NCBI RefSeq assembly: GCF_021869535.1
Contig: NW_026262701.1
Coordinates: 44,516,001-44,580,000, forward strand
DNA from: Mytilus californianus
Taxonomy: Eukaryota
Length of the DNA: 64,000 bases
Direction: 5' to 3'
In this document: positions 61,765 to 64,000 of the stretch, piece by piece
Layout of the letters: each line of letters opens with the position of its first letter
Position numbering within the stretch: position 1 is the stretch's first letter
The notes under the pieces: model-generated
The model's input: the letters and a program-made list of their open reading frames with translations, nothing else
Told to the model about the DNA's origin: nothing
Database searches by the model: none
Made by a program: the position numbers and the translations under genes

Positions 61765-64000
61765 AAGTCTAAAGCCCAGGTTGATGGCTCATCTATAAAA
61801 GTGCATCATAATATATTTGGCCTTGCACTGACTTAATAATGAAAAAAATATAAAACTTTCTAACTCAATACAACACCATGTTAACTATAGCCATTCAGAT
61901 GATTTGCTTTCAAATCAAATGTGCTGTTTAATTCCAATAATTCATATTTATCATTCTTTACAATGACTTTACTCTTTAGCATCATAAGCCATGTCATCTC
62001 AAAACTATTTTATATTAAACAATACATACATTTAGGGGACTTAACCATTTGATATTCTGTGGTGGGGAAAAGGAGGGGGGAGGATTTTTTCCAGATTGAT
62101 CATTTATTTTCATCTTTTGTTATGCATGCTTATTTTTTTCATGGCTTAATTTGCAACACGAAAATTTTTTACACTTTTGTACACATTTTCATCCTGCATT
62201 TTGTGTTACCAAATATTCATTTTCATCCTGTCAAAGGTTATTAATTTTCAGTTCTTACCAGGCAGGTGATCAAAATTTAGCAAAGATAGTGCTAAGGAGT
62301 AATCTTACCACATCTTATTTTTACATATTGCTGAGCTGAGGTATCTGAGAAAAAAAATACCCAATATACATGTTAATACTTTAATTTTGATATTGCACAT
62401 GTACATGGTCATGCTTTTCTCAGATTACCTATTATATCTTTACACTAAATCCATTGGATGTGTACTAAATGATATTTTAGTCTGGGAGACCATGGTTTAT
62501 TATTTTTTCTTGAAATTGGGCTTCAAAGTAAATTTTAGTAACTGTGAGTAGAATTTTGCATCTATTTTGATAATCGATTTTGTGCTTAGTACAATCTGAT
62601 GAGTGAAGCCCTTTCCAACTGCTTTTGACATTATGATTTATATGATTGTGTTTTTCTTTAGCCTTTGGAGCTAAGAGCACAAGTATCATTTTTCTTCCCT
62701 TAATTTTTTTTAAAAATCCAAATTAAAGGAAACTTCATTGTTGTATTTTTTGTTAAGGGAGTACACTCCTTTGAAACTGACCCAACTTTTAAAGTCCTCT
62801 TCAGCTTTTATAATTTTTAAGACAGTATAATCAGGTACCTATTTTTTCACAAAGCAAAGTAGTTCTATTTCATACTGATATTTGACATACACCATATACA
62901 CCTGGGTATATCAGAGTTTAAATAAGTACCGTTGAGAATATTTCGAGAATAATTTATCATTAACACTTCAACAAAGATCGAGATATCTTGTATTAAGAAT
63001 ATGGAGAATACCAGACATGATCTTATCTATCAGAAAAAAATAGGTGAAATTAATTAAAAAAAAGTAAATCAACACTACAACCTTTTTAAGTGTTCTCATT
63101 TTTGTTCATTTTATTTTATGGAATATGTTTTAAAAGTCTTGCCATTGTATCATTACAAAGGAGGTCAGAATATAGATGGGACCTACAGCTTAGCTGCAAA
63201 GGAATAACTATTATAATTTAGTAATTTACAAATATCTGAAGATACTTTGAAGGTACTTGGTAAGAAATACTATTGAAGCGGCTGAATATCTGATAATTAA
63301 GCAGCATATGTCTAGAAAAGAACTTGTTATTTTAGTAACATTAAGCCATAAATGAACTACAACCCTGTTTTTCTTGGTCCATGGAACCATGGAAATATAT
63401 CAAAAAATTTGGTTAAGCACTAATTTTACATTATTCAAATACAAAACAAACAAATATACTTTTTTATATAACAACGGGCATAATAACTGTAGAAAAGTAA
63501 ATGTCAAGTCCTCAAAATTCTAACTTCGCAATTTTATGGTTACAGTTGACATATTTTGCATCTTACTGTGAATGAAATATTCTATTAAAGTGTTTGGTCT
63601 GGTGATAGTTAATTTTATACAAAAACCCTAAAAAACAAAATATTTTGAAAACAAAATAGGTCCAAATTTATAAATAGAAAGACTGAAATCCCTTGCATAA
63701 AGTAGATAAACATTTAAGTATAAACCAAAAGTTTGACATATGGACGGACACAATTACAAACAAACATACAAACAAGGATTTCTATACTCCCAAAACTCTC
63801 CAAGATATGTATATATCAATTTTCTTATCAACATGATTAATACTGCCTGATATGACAGCTACTAATATCTTGCAGTTGAGACTGTCATATCAATACACTA
63901 GTAACAATATATTAATTTTTAAATGCATACAATTCTTGTCATACCAATGTCTTCTAATGAATTTATATTCACTGCAATTAAAAAAGCTGACCAAAACTTT

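Overview
AT-rich eukaryotic genomic DNA. The repeat families point to a bivalve, probably Mytilus (inference; no database search). The window holds the 5' and middle part of one spliced minus-strand gene encoding a long coiled-coil protein. I assembled 10 phase-consistent GT-AG exons by hand from 21252 down to 54; the gene continues off the left edge. Several candidate alternative first exons lie further upstream (33.9-44.9 kb). The rest is intronic/intergenic and dense with mobile DNA: Helentron-type non-autonomous elements (HINEs), PIF/hAT/TA/TTAA MITEs, tRNA-derived SINEs, minisatellites, hammerhead-ribozyme repeats and a 5'-truncated Penelope-like RT element. Top signal: the Penelope-like element has an in-frame TGA at a probable Cys position and a textbook SECIS hairpin just after its ORF, so it looks like a selenocysteine-recoding (Naiad-type) retroelement. 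Also notable: a 62-bp minisatellite made of 25 copies of an exon end plus its splice donor, a 350-nt hammerhead-delimited retrozyme, and a nested four-element transposon stack. No prokaryotic features, CRISPR arrays, rRNA or true tRNA genes were seen.
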